The notes beneath the pieces were generated by a model, which was given only the letters and a program-made list of their open reading frames with translations, made no database searches and was not told the origin of the DNA. From the NCBI GenBank assembly GCA_951406725.2, contig OX597838.1:8432001-8496000 (forward strand): 64,000 nt of DNA, in the 5' to 3' direction. Source of the stretch: Octopus vulgaris. Taxonomy: Eukaryota. A program made the translations under genes and the position numbers. Shown here piece after piece: positions 12,459 to 25,108 of the stretch (its first letter is position 1; each line of letters opens with the position of its first letter).

Positions 12459-13045
12459 AGACACGATAGAGTAGCGCAATGTATCCATTGGAAGATATGT
12501 AAACACTACCAGCTTCCAACTTTAGAAAGATGGTACCAGCATAAACCTGAAACTGTGACCGGAAAAGATGACGTAACAGTACTCTGGGATATGCTAGTCA
12601 ACACCGATAAAGAAATCAAGGCAAACAGGCCGGACATAATCATCAAAGATGGGAAGAATAAGAAATGTTTGATGATAGATGTGATAGTACCATCAGAGAG
12701 GAATGTGTCCATTAAAGAAGTTGAGAAGTTATTTAAGTACAAAGACCTAGAAATAGAAGTGACCAATATGTGGGGAATGAAAAGCAGCACAGTACCAGTG
12801 GTGATTGGAGCGTTAGGGCTAATTAAAAAGGGTCTTGATAAGCAGCTCAACAAACTCCCTTGCAGTGTTAACGTGGGAGAACTTCAGAAAATAGTGTTGC
12901 TATGTTCCGCACACATTTTACGCCGTGTACTCTCCATGTGATGAGAACCTTGCTCTACTTCAGGGTACCTGATTCTAGTCGGGTATTCCCCATAAGCTCC
13001 CATTTCTGCTTAATATACTGGAGATTGCTTTATTTAGCTAAGGTT
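12459..13045 (+). mobile_element. 5'-truncated non-LTR retrotransposon, restriction-like endonuclease domain (R4/Dong-like) plus 3' UTR
   Basis: Open frame 12459-12941: RHDRVAQCIHWKIC...LWD...NRPDIII...IDV.VP...EKLFKYKDL...VPVVIGALG, matching the RHD / PD-(D/E)xK / KxxKY signature. Confidence 0.9.
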
Positions 13046-13070
13046 TTTATTATTATTACCATTATTATTA

Positions 13071-13520
13071 AGGCGGTGAGCAGGAAGAATCGTTAGCGCG
13101 CCGGGCGAAATGCATAGCGGTATTTCGTCTGTCTTCGTGTTCTGAGTTCAAATGTCGCCGGGGTCGACTTTGCCTTTTATCCTTTCGAGGTCGATAAATT
13201 AAGTACCAGTAACGCACTGGGGTTGATGTAATCGACTTAATCCCTTCCCCCAAATTTTAGGCCTTGTGCTTCCAGCAGAAAGAATTATTATCATTATTAT
13301 TAAGGTGGTGAGCTGGTAGAATCGTTAGCACACCGAGCAAAATGCTTAGCCGTATTTCGGTCGTCGCTACGTCCTGAGTTCAAATTCTACCGAGGTCGAG
13401 TTTGCCTTTCATCCTTTCTAGGTCAATAAATTAAATACCAGTTGAGTACTGGGGTCGATGTAATCAACTTACCTCCTTCCCTGATATTGCTGGCCTTGTG
13501 CCAAAATTTGAAATTAATTT
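13071..13520 (+). mobile_element. Two adjacent SINE family B copies (GGCGGCGAGCTGGCAGAATCGTTAGC...) with (ATT)n tails
   Basis: Copies at about 13071-13285 and 13303-13520; shared GTTCAAAT box and GCCTTTCATCCTTTCGGGGTCGATAAA central domain. Confidence 0.9.
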
Positions 13521-13527
13521 GTAAGAT

Positions 13528-13845
13528 ATCGTCGTTGTGGCACTCCGTTGGTGTAAGTGGTTGAGCACTCCACAGACACATGCATCCTTAACGTAGTTCT
13601 CGGAGAGATTCAGAGTGACAAATCTGGCCCTTTGAAATACAGGTACAAGAGAAACAGGAAGAAAGAGTGAGAGAAAGTTGTTGTGAAAGAGCACTGCAAG
13701 GTTAGTCACCACACGCTGCCGTAGCTTTGTGGAGCTTTTGGTGTTTTAGCTCAATAATATCTCACAACGCCCGTTCTAGAAATCGAAACCGCGATCCTAC
13801 GACCTCGATTCCGCTACCCTAACCGATGGACCATTGCGCCTCCAC
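13528..13845 (-). mobile_element. SINE family C 3' fragment abutting the tRNA head of another SINE (family D)
   Basis: 13528-13640 matches the family C tail; 13645-13845 on the minus strand starts TGGAGGCGCAATGGTCC...GGTTTCGATT. Confidence 0.7.
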
Positions 13846-14085
13846 AGTAAGCTATAAGTTAAAACAGAAGGAAAAGAAGCAGAGTGTTACGTGTAACATT
13901 CAGAGTTGTTGCGTTTAAGTAAATAAACAACAAAAATAAAAGGAATAATAACCAAATGAGTTAAATTAATCGTTAAGGTAAAAAAAAAAAATAACAGGAG
14001 AAACTTAAACTTAATTAAATACATCAGAACTATTTGCGTTGGGATATGTGTGAAAGAAAAAAATACACGTGTACACATATTCCTC

Positions 14086-14127
<42 letters not shown>

Positions 14128-14178
14128 TGTATACTTATATATATGTGTGTACATATATATATATAGATATATATATAT

Positions 14179-14229
<51 letters not shown>

Positions 14230-14324
14230 AGTATGTATGTATGTATGTATATGTGCATGCACTCACAAATTGTTAGATAGAGAGAGACATACACACAGAC
14301 AGACAGATAGAAAGATAGATAGAT

Positions 14325-14363
<39 letters not shown>

Positions 14364-14365
14364 GG

Positions 14366-14411
<46 letters not shown>

Positions 14412-14428
14412 CAGAAAGGCAGCCAGGC

Positions 14429-14461
<33 letters not shown>

Positions 14462-14514
14462 GGCAGGCAGACAGGCAGTCAGACAGACAGACAGACAGAC
14501 AGATAGATAGATAT

Positions 14515-14559
<45 letters not shown>

Positions 14560-14797
14560 CTGATTGATAGACAGACAGACAGATAACCAGAGAGGGAGAA
14601 AGAGGGGGAGAGAGAGGGGAGATGAGAGAGAGAGAGAGAGAGCATTTGTAAGTGGTGTCATTAGAACAAACCATTTAGTTTCAAAAACGGTTGGTGATAC
14701 AAAAATTCACTTCTGTCGGTTGTTTCCGTTTAATTCTTGAAATGTATTTAATGAACTCTGACTTGGCTTTCATTATTATCTGTGTGCATATGTGTGT

Positions 14798-14809
<12 letters not shown>

Positions 14810-14833
<24 letters not shown>

Positions 14834-15088
14834 TTGTGTTTGTGCTTTTCCCTCCATCACCCCTTGACAACCGATGTTGGTGTGTTTGCATTCCCGTAAC
14901 GTGACGGTTCGGCAAAAAGTATCGATAGAATAAGTAATAGGCTTCCAAAGAATAAGTCGTGGGTGGGGATCGATTTCTTCGACTAAAATCCCTTAACGCT
15001 GTGCTCCAGCATGGCGGCAGCCAAATGAGTGAAACAAGTAGAAGAATAAAAGAATAAAAGAATAAAAGAATAAAAGAATAAAAGAATA
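14810..15088 (+). mobile_element. SINE family A 3' half with (AAAGAATA)n tail
   Basis: CTTGACAACCGATGTTGGTGTGTTT...GTGCTCCAGCATGGC...GAAACAAGTA. Confidence 0.85.
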
Positions 15089-15308
15089 CACGTACATGGG
15101 TTTGGTAGAATAAACGGGAGACAGAAACCTCAAAACCTGAGCTGAGTTGTGTTTGTTTTTTATTGTTTATTGGCAAAAAGCGGAATCTGTGTGTCAAGCG
15201 CTGAGAACTTCCTGTCTGACACCAACCCAGGTCTTGAGAAACATCACGTAACGAAACTCTTGGCCTTTGTCTTACTCTTCTATCATTCTATAAAAAGAAT
15301 ACAAAAAT

Positions 15309-15360
<52 letters not shown>

Positions 15361-15361
<1 letters not shown>

Positions 15362-15567
15362 CGGGAAGGTTTACGAAAATAAACAAAAGACGAAGGCAGG
15401 TGGTGTACAGACAAACAAATGTGTTAGTATGGCGCTCAGGAATAGAAATAGAACAAGTCTTTTACGTTTCGAGCCTACGCTCTTCGACAGAAAGGGACAC
15501 AGAAAAAACAAGGAGAGAAACAAGGAGAGAAAAAATGCGTGTAGGAGCTAACGGTCCATCATGGTGA
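15361..15567 (-). mobile_element. Hammerhead-bearing short element in (TA)n, family H1, copy 1
   Basis: Minus strand 15459-15494: cttt-CTGTCGA-A-GAGC-gtag-GCTC-GAAA-CG-TA-aaag; homologous to 27389, 38996, 43890 and 55448. Confidence 0.8.
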
Positions 15568-15568
15568 T

Positions 15569-15620
<52 letters not shown>

Positions 15621-15701
15621 GTGTATGGGGTGTGCAAGAATGAGTGTATATATATAGAAAAGGGAAGATATGAAAGCTTCTGACGATGCAGAAAGTTTTA
15701 C

Positions 15702-15849
15702 AAAACCCTTTCTATTTCAGGCGCAAAGGTTTATCCTCAGAAGGAAACAGTCTTGGAAATGTCCAGTCACACCGATTCCGTTACTGGACAACTCCGAGAT
15801 TGCTTCCTTCCGACGATGAACCTTGGCGCCGAAAATATAAAGGGTTTTA
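15702..15849. repeat. Imperfect ~69-bp-arm hairpin (foldback/MITE-like)
   Basis: 15702-15770 pairs with 15780-15849, ungapped, roughly 80% identity, 9-nt loop. Confidence 0.75.
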
Positions 15850-16052
15850 CTCTCTTTACTTGTTTCAGTCATTTCACTGCGGCCATGCTGGAGCGCCGCC
15901 TTTAGTCGAGCAAATCGAGCCCAGGACTTATTCTTTGTAAGCCTAGTACTTATTCTATCGGTCACTTTTGCAGAATCGCTAAGTTACAGATACGCAGACA
16001 CACCAGCATCGGCTGTCAAGCGATGTTGGGGGGACAAACACAGACACACAAG

Positions 16053-16111
<59 letters not shown>

Positions 16112-16263
16112 GACGGGCTTCTTTCAGTTTCCGTCTACCAAATCCACTCACAAGGCTTTGGTTGGCCCGAGGTTATAGTAGAAAACACTTGCCCAAGGTG
16201 CCACGCAGTGGGACTGAACCCGGAACCGCGTGGTAGGAAGCAAACTTCTTACCACGCAGCCAC
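15846..16263 (-). mobile_element. SINE family A, near full length
   Basis: Reverse complement of the family A consensus seen at 48883-49339. Confidence 0.92.
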
Positions 16264-16412
16264 GCGAACCTAGCAGGATCGCAGCATCCCCTCCTCCTCT
16301 TCCTCCCATTACTTCGCCTTACAATGCGACACACGCCAAGCACAGCTAATAACAACATTAACAATAATTAGAAAGATTATGATAGGAGATAACGTAATTA
16401 AAGACGACGACC

Positions 16413-16455
<43 letters not shown>

Positions 16456-16994
16456 GTGATGCGGAGGGGGAGGAGGAGGAGGAGGAGGAGAAAGAAGTAA
16501 AGGTTGATGGTGATTACAATATGATAAAAACAAGATAGAACTGTTAATGAGTATAAGCGAAAACAACAACAAATAAAAAAAAAGTGTGTGTGTGTGTGTG
16601 TGTATGTATATGCGTATATGTGAATGTATATGTGTATGTGTGTGTGTCTTTATGTATACGGTTACAAATGAGACGAAACAGCCAAACGGTGGAACGGAAA
16701 ACGAAAGTGAAAGTAGAAGAACGAGAAAAGTCACGTGTTTAAAGTGTAAGGGTCGTGATGGGATCGGGGTGGGTGGAGAGATCGGGGTGGAGAGGAGTGA
16801 GGAATCGGAGGAGCTGATGAAACGACAACAGATCTCTCACATTCCTTTGCAAAAATATGTGCCCTTAAGGGTCATTAAAATACACAGACAACACACTGTC
16901 TGCTCGATCAGGTTCCCACCATACAATGACATATTTTGAACTCCCAAAGGAATCGACTTTCTCCCGGTTTCCTGCTTATTCTCTAGATCTTTCT

Positions 16995-18193
16995 AACGTT
17001 GCTAATCGTTGCTATTATTGTTCTCAATGTTGTTGCTGTTTTCAGGTTTGCTGTTGTTGCTTCTTTTAGTGGAACTAAATACTAGTGGGGGAGGGAGGGG
17101 TTAGTGGTGGTGGCGGTGGTGTTAATGTTGTTAATGCATTGTTGTTAATTGTTGCGATTGTTACCGTTCTCGTGGTTTGTCGAAGTTTATTGCTTTTCTT
17201 ATCGTTGCTATTGTCGTTGCAGTAGTTGTTATTGCTATGATTGTTGCTATCGCGGTTGCAGTCGTTGCTAACGCTACTTGCGTTGCTGTTGCTATGTTTG
17301 TTGCTACAAGTAAATGTTACTGTTTTATTTATTATGTTTATTACCATTATCATGACTCTTGCTATTGTTGCTTACACGGTTGCAAACGATGGTAGTGTTG
17401 TTCGCATTGTCATTGCAATGCTGTTTTTATTCGTGTATGTCTTTGTTGCATTTATTATCGCTCTTACTACGATCGTCATTGCTGCATTGCTATCGCGTTC
17501 GCAGACTTTGGTAATCCTATTCTCATTGCTTTTGCTAATGTCGTTGCTATATACAAAAGTTTCTGTTGTATTTGTTATTACTATTGCTATGATCGCTATT
17601 GTTCTTATCACTGATGCGAACGTTGATGATACTATTCGCATTACTGTTGCTGAGATTGTTGCTATTGGTAAACGTTACTTTGGTAATTGTTATTACTATG
17701 ACCACTGCTGTTGCTACTATAGTGACTATCTTTCATTATAGTTGCTAATCTTACTGGTGTAGCTGATAATTTCTTTTGAAGTTTATCGCCTGTTACTATT
17801 GCTGTTGTTGCAATTACAATTTTCATTATCATTGCTAATGTTGCTAAGAACAGATATTTTTGTCAAAACTTTTAATGTTGCAATTATTGCGGTTGTTACT
17901 ATTTTTATCACAATTGCTAATGTTGCTAGCATAACTTATATTTTTGTCGAAATTGTTGCTGCTGCCGTTGTTACTGTTTTAATTATGTTACTTAATGTGG
18001 TTTGGACAGGTGATATTTTTGCCGAAATTTTTATTGTTGTTGTTACTAATTTTTTTAAATAATAGTTGCTAATCATTTTGATATATCTGATGTTTTTGAG
18101 GAAAGCATTAGTTTTGTTGTTGCTATTGTTGCTGTAGTTATCAATGCCATTGCAGTTGCTAATGTTGTTGGTGTAGCTGATAGTTTTGTCGAA

Positions 18194-18224
<31 letters not shown>

Positions 18225-18272
18225 ATAAGTGAGTGTGATCATTCCTTGTATTTAATGTTCGTGTTGCTGTCA
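16995..18272. repeat. Old degenerate (GTT/GCT/ATT)n low-complexity tract
   Basis: Triplet periodicity; source of the hydrophobic V/I/A ORFs. Confidence 0.8.
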
Positions 18273-18480
18273 AGAAAGGAAACGACGGATTTAGTGGATG
18301 CCAGATAGACTATTTTAAGTCTGTTTTTCTGAAACCAGGTGAGTTGATCATTGACGCAGTGTTGCAAAAGGTGTACAGGTGTCTCTAGGTCTGAGAGTAA
18401 GAGCGGATAAGATTACCTGCGTACGAGCTTAAGTGTGCTTTGGCGGAGGTGTGACAAATTCGTATAAGTACAGTTTCAGT

Positions 18481-18763
18481 GAAGACGCGTGGCTTAGAGG
18501 TTAGAGTATTCAGCACAGGATCATAAAATCGTGAGTTCGATTCTTGGCGACGCCTTGTGTCCTTCAGCAAGACACTTTATTTCACGTTGCTGCAATCCAC
18601 TCAGCTACCAAATATGAGTTTTCCTATCACTCAAATGGCCAGCCTTGTCACATTATGTATGACTATGGAGTATTCAGCCACATGTACGTTAACTTTAAGA
18701 GCAGGCTCTTCCGTTGATCGGATCAACTGGATCTCTCATTGTTGTAACCGACGGAGTACCAGT
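18481..18763 (+). mobile_element. SINE family C
   Basis: GAAGACGCGTGGCTTAGAGGTTAG...GTTCGATTC...CCGTTGATCGGATCAACTGG...CCGACGGAGTACCAG. Confidence 0.88.
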
Positions 18764-18881
18764 TCATAAGTATACTTTAAAAAAGGCGAGTAAGAGCACA
18801 GATCCCTGTGGAATGCATTTAGAAGTTGCATTTCACATATTTTCCTTTTCCTTTTATATTACACAGATTCGGTAATAAGTA

Positions 18882-19491
18882 CGTATTTACCGGCATACAA
18901 GTTGGACTTTTCAGATCAAAATTTACGGCCAAAGAAAAACGTTAGGTCAACTTATACAGCAAAATGACTTTCAAGGGCCAAAAGTTCTTTATGAAATACT
19001 GCAGGACTCTTTACCCTTTTACTTGTTTCAGTCATTTGACTGCGGCCATGCTGGGGCACCGCCTTTAGTCGAGCAAATCGACCCCGGGACTTATTCTTTG
19101 TAAGCCCAGTACTTATTCTATCGGTCTCTTTTGCCGAACCGCTAAGTTACGGGAACGTAAACACACCAGCATTGGTTGTCAAGCAATGCTAGAGGGACAA
19201 ACACAGACACACAAACACATATACACACAACACACACATATATATATACATATATACGACAGGCTTCTTTCAGTTTCCGTCTACCAAATCCACTCACAAG
19301 GCATTGGTCGGCCCGGGGCTATAGCAGAAGACACTTGCCCAAGATGCCACGCAGTGGGACTGAACCCGGAACCATGTGGTTGGTTAGCAAGCTACTTACC
19401 ACACAGCCACTCCTACGCCTATAAAGGACTGGTGATGATGTTTGAACGCTCATATTATATAACTCGTCGACTTGTATGTGAGAAATTGCGG
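18882..19491. mobile_element. pogo-like MITE interrupted by a SINE
   Basis: TA-CGTATTTACCGGCATACAAGT ... ACTTGTATGTGAGAAATTGCGG-TA degenerate TIRs; subterminal GTCAACTTATAC. Confidence 0.55.
19006..19420 (-). mobile_element. SINE family A, full length
   Basis: Near-identical to 48883-49339; the shared pseudo-ORF MSSNARGTNTDTQ appears in the track. Confidence 0.93.
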
Positions 19492-19734
19492 TAGCTTGCT
19501 ACCTAGTGTTTCGTATTGTTTCTTTAGGATATGCTAAACAGCGTTAAGGCGATTGTGAATTCTTGTTGTGATTTAGAGAAGGGAATCTGAGAGTAATGGT
19601 CATTTGGGTTCTTGCTGGAATTCAGAACTGACATAATTTTGTCCAGGTTCTAGATCGAGGAATTTTACCATGTATCTGGAAAAGGGATTGTGTGAGTTAA
19701 TGCTATTAAGGGTTTACTTTTCAGGGGTTTTGAG

Positions 19735-19903
19735 ATTGGTGGTGGTGGTGGTGGTGGTGGTAATGCAGGTGTTAGTGGCACTGGCGGTAATGGTCGTCAT
19801 GTTGATGATGAGGGTGGTGGTGATGGCGGGAGTGATTGTGTTGATGGTGATGTTGGTGGTGGCGATAATGATGGTGATGATAATGGCGGTGGTGATGGTA
19901 GTG

Positions 19904-19951
<48 letters not shown>

Positions 19952-20034
19952 ATAGCAGCAACAACAACAGTTGCAGCAGCAGCACATCCACCATCAGCAG
20001 CTGCAGTAGCAGCAGCAGCAGCAGTAGCAGCAGC

Positions 20035-20100
<66 letters not shown>

Positions 20101-21672
20101 TATGGCGATGGTGGCAGTAGACGCTTTTGAGTCGGTAGTGCTGACATTACAGATGTTGAGTTGAGCGGTGGTAGTAGCAGTGGAGGCGGTGGTGTTGGTG
20201 GTGTTGGTGGTGTTGGTTGTAGTGGTGGTGGTGGTGGTGATTGTGGCGGTGGTAGTTGCCTTGTTCAGATCTAATACAAAACCTGCTGCCATAAAAAAGT
20301 AAAGAGGTATTTAAATGGAGAGGAAAAGATTTCTCCATTAAAATATTAATTATTAAAGATGGAGTGGGGAGGGGGGGAGAAGAAACACTTGAGAATTATA
20401 GCAGTAGTAGTAGTAGTAGTAGTAGTAATTTTGTTGTTGTGGTTGGTGGCAGTGGTGGTCGTAGTGGTAGTGATGGTGGTAGTAGAAGTAGTTATAGTGT
20501 TAGTAGCGGTGATAATGGTGGTGGCAGTTGTAAGGGGGTTTCTTCGTGATAGTGGAGGTGATAGTGGTGCGGATAGTAGTACTATTAGTGGTGGTAGTAG
20601 TGGTGTTGGTGGGGGTGGTGATACGGGTGGTTGTAGTGGTGGTGTTGGTAGTAGTGGTGGTGTTGGTAGTAGTGGTGGTGTTGGTAGTAGTGGTGGTGGT
20701 GGTGGTGATACTGGTGGTGATGGTGTTGGTGGTAGTGGTGGTAGTAGTGGTGTTGGTATTGGTGGTAGTGGGGGTGATACTGGTGGTTGTAGTGGTGGTG
20801 TTGGTGGTAGTGGTGGTGGTGGTGGTGGTGGTGGTGGTAGTGGTTGTAATCATGGTGGTGGAAGTGGTGATGGTAGTGGTGGTAGTGGTGGTGGTAGTGG
20901 TTGTGGTGGTGGTAGTGGTTGTGGTGGTGGTAGTGGTTGTGGTGGTGGTAGTGGTGGTGGTAGGATGGTTGTGGTGGTGGTGGTGGTGGTGGTGGTGGTA
21001 GTGGTGGTGGTAGTGGTGGTGGTAGGGTGGTAGTGGTGGTGGTGGTGGTGGTGGTGGTAGGGTGGTAGTGGTGGTGGTGGTGGTGGTAGTAGTGGTGGTG
21101 GTAATGGTGGTGGTAGGGTGGTAGTGGTGGTGGTGGTGGTGGTGGTAGTGGTGGTGGTAGTGGTGGTGGTAGGGTGGTAGTGGTGGTGGTGGTGGTGGTG
21201 GTGGTAGGGTGGTAGTGGTGGTGGTGGTGGTGGTGGTAGTAGTGGTGGTGGTAGTGGTGGTGGTAGTGGTGGTGGTAGTGGTGATGGTAGTGGTGGTAGT
21301 GGTGGTAGTGGTGGTGGCGGTGTTGATGGTAAAAGTGGTGGTTGTTGTAGTAATGGTGATAGTGCTGGTGGCAGAAGTGGTACTGATAGTGGCTGTGTAG
21401 GTAGTAGTAGTAGTAGTATTTGTGGTTGTGGTGGTGGTGGTGGTAATGGTGGGGTGTGGATGAGTGTTCATATTGCTAACGGTAGTGATGATGAGGTGCT
21501 GTTTATGGCAGCCATGACGATGGTGGCGATGGTAGTGGCGGTGGGGATGGTGGTGGCAGAGGTGACGTTGCTGCTGCTGCTGCTACTGCTGGTGCTGTGT
21601 CTGGTGAATGGTGCATGGGAAGAGACAAAATCTGCAGAATAAGTACTTCCGGGAATGAAATACACTTAATGT

Positions 21673-21731
<59 letters not shown>

Positions 21732-21874
21732 CTCAGCAGCAGCAGGAGTCTCAGCAGCAGGAGTCTCAGCAGCAGCGGTCTCAGCAGCAGTAGTAGTGCT
21801 GGTGGTGATGGTGATGTCGGTGTTGTCGGTGATGGTGGTGGTGATGGTAGTAGTAGCAGCAGCAGCAGTAGTAA

Positions 21875-21932
<58 letters not shown>

Positions 21933-21935
21933 TGC
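19735..21935. repeat. Compound (GGT/AGT/AGC)n field with an internal ~147-bp duplication near 20990-21260
   Basis: Seen directly; the block [17 protein letters not shown] occurs twice in ORF 20500..21471. Confidence 0.9.
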
Positions 21936-21984
21936 TGTAGACTGACCTTGTCCACTAAGCACAGCATTTCATTGCTTTTAAAAA

Positions 21985-22320
21985 TCTGCTAGAAATATCA
22001 GTCAAATCCGTTTAATCTCACTCTTAGTCGTCGTTAAAGAAGAAGGGCTCTATTGGATATGTAAATCTAGATATGTAGTAGCTGAAAAGTCGACGGGACG
22101 TTCACAGTTGGTTCTTCCTTGACCATAGATAGGCTCGACCAGTGGTAGCCCGGATCTAATCAACAACAACAACAACAATAATGAACCAACGGTCAGCTAG
22201 AAATGTCAGCCAAATACCCTTCATTCCACACTTTATTCGCTTAAAGAAAGAAGGATGGTATTGAATCGTGGATCTCAATATGGTGCAGCTGTAAAAACCG
22301 ATGGGACGTTCATGGAAGGG
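21985..22320. repeat. Two diverged tandem copies of an old interspersed repeat
   Basis: GCTAGAAAT.TCAG.CAAAT ... TTAAAGAA ... GGGACGTTCA at about 21988-22105 and 22196-22312; related fragment near 4875-4912. Confidence 0.6.
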
Positions 22321-22388
22321 AAAATACACAGCGAACCAATCCGTGAGAAACTAGACGAAAACACTGTATATTTGTTGCACAAAATCCG

Positions 22389-22875
22389 TAGATGGCATCT
22401 GGTCAGTGGACTTACTCTCAATGACCTGTAAATGACATCTTGTTGGTGGACAAGCCGACAAAGCCTTCTAGATGTCATTTGGCTAGTGGATAAATGTACA
22501 TGGCATTTGGTTAGTGGACAAACCGTCAAATATGTGCAGATGACGTCTGGTTAGTGAAGAAACAGTCCAAAACCTCTAAATGATATAAGGTTCATGGACA
22601 AAGCGTCAGATATCAGTAGATAACATCTGGTTAGTGGATAAACCGTCAAAGACCTCTAGATGACATCTGGTAAGTAGACACACGGTAAAACCTCTAGATG
22701 ACATTTGGTTAGTGGACAAACTGTACATGGCATTTAGTTTGTGGATAAACCGTCAAATATGTTCAGATGACATCTAGTTAGTACACAAACTGTCAAGGAT
22801 CTCCAGATTATATTCGGTTAGTGGGCAAACCGTCAAATATCTGTAGATGCCATCTGGATATTGGACAAAACAGTA
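22389..22875. repeat. ~40-bp minisatellite, about 13 diverged units, with ~227-bp higher-order structure
   Basis: Consensus AGATGACATCTGGTTAGTGGACAAACCGTCAAAnAyCTsT; a short ~29-bp unit recurs at about 22470 and 22696. Confidence 0.9.
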
Positions 22876-24108
22876 TATACACAAAACACTGTTTCAGCTA
22901 GCGCCATCATCATCATGTCACATGACACTCTCATCACCATCAGATACATGCACACTATCCCCACCCCGACCACCACCAACTCCGTCCACCACATGCACAC
23001 ACCCACAAACCACCCCCACCACCTACATACACACTACCGCCTCCATCAAACCCTCCACCACCAGCATCGCCAAATAGCACTTCCACCTCACCTCCAGGAT
23101 TTCAAAAAAGGACCACCTCCACCGCCACCACTAGACCCCAGCACGTACGCTCAACTACCTCCCAGGGCCTCTCTAATAGTATTACAGACCCCCGGTCAAA
23201 GCAATGCACTCGGGTCTGTAGGTTTTAATCTTTTATTGTAAGGAAACAACATACCTGGATTAACATTGGCCCCCTTAGTATCTGTGCCCCTCCCCTCGTT
23301 GCGGGCGCAGACTCAAGCTTAAGACGGCTCTGCTCCCACCACGACCATCACCGCCCATCACCTCTACTTTCCCTATCTCACCTAGACATTCCACCATTAT
23401 AACTACCACTCTCCAATATACGCAATCCGCTACTACTACTACTACTACTACTACAACTACTACTACTACTACTTCCACTACTACCACCACCACCACTATC
23501 TTGCATATACACTCCACCACCATACCCATCATTGACAAAAACAGTTGCGGCAACAACGCAATCCGTATATACACTTCACTACAATGACCACCACCACCAA
23601 ACCCATATACACTCCAACACCATGGCCACCACCACCACCACCACCAACAACAACAACAACTACAACAACAACACCTCCACCTGCGACACCACCACTACAC
23701 AACTCCTCAAAGACGGTGTTTAATAAGACATTAAGATGTGTGATACGGACAATTTTTCAAATAAGACCATAATTTATTTATGGAGGAGAAGATTAGAGAC
23801 TAGCTGGGATTAGCAAGAGGAGTTTAATCAGATTAGTCAAGCCAAATCACTGGTGAAAACGGAAGTGATGCCAGTGAGAGTGAAGTCGAAGAATTAAAAG
23901 AGATCGACGGTCCATGATGTGGCGTTCCTCCAGCATCGAGGTATCACTGGCTTTTCGGCCATCTTAGCTGGAGATCATCTCCTTAGAAGAGAGCGAAAAG
24001 GAGAGAGGAAAGAAGGAAAGAACTACGGATGATAGGGGAGGAGGTGACGGGGAGGGGGGGACGACGTCAGAGAAGAACGTGTGGAAACGGCGTGATGTAA
24101 CTCTTTCC

Positions 24109-25108
<1,000 letters not shown>

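Noticed and set aside
17177-18062. Hydrophobic ORFs resembling membrane proteins
   Set aside because: Products of a decayed GTT/GCT/ATT repeat; no family motif.
20359-21471. Gly-rich and mucin-like Thr-rich ORFs (also 39958-40363, 56375-56941, 61603-62293)
   Set aside because: (GGT/ACC)n microsatellites open in several frames.
22389-22875. CRISPR-like array
   Set aside because: Units are contiguous and diverged with no unique spacers; eukaryotic context and no cas genes.
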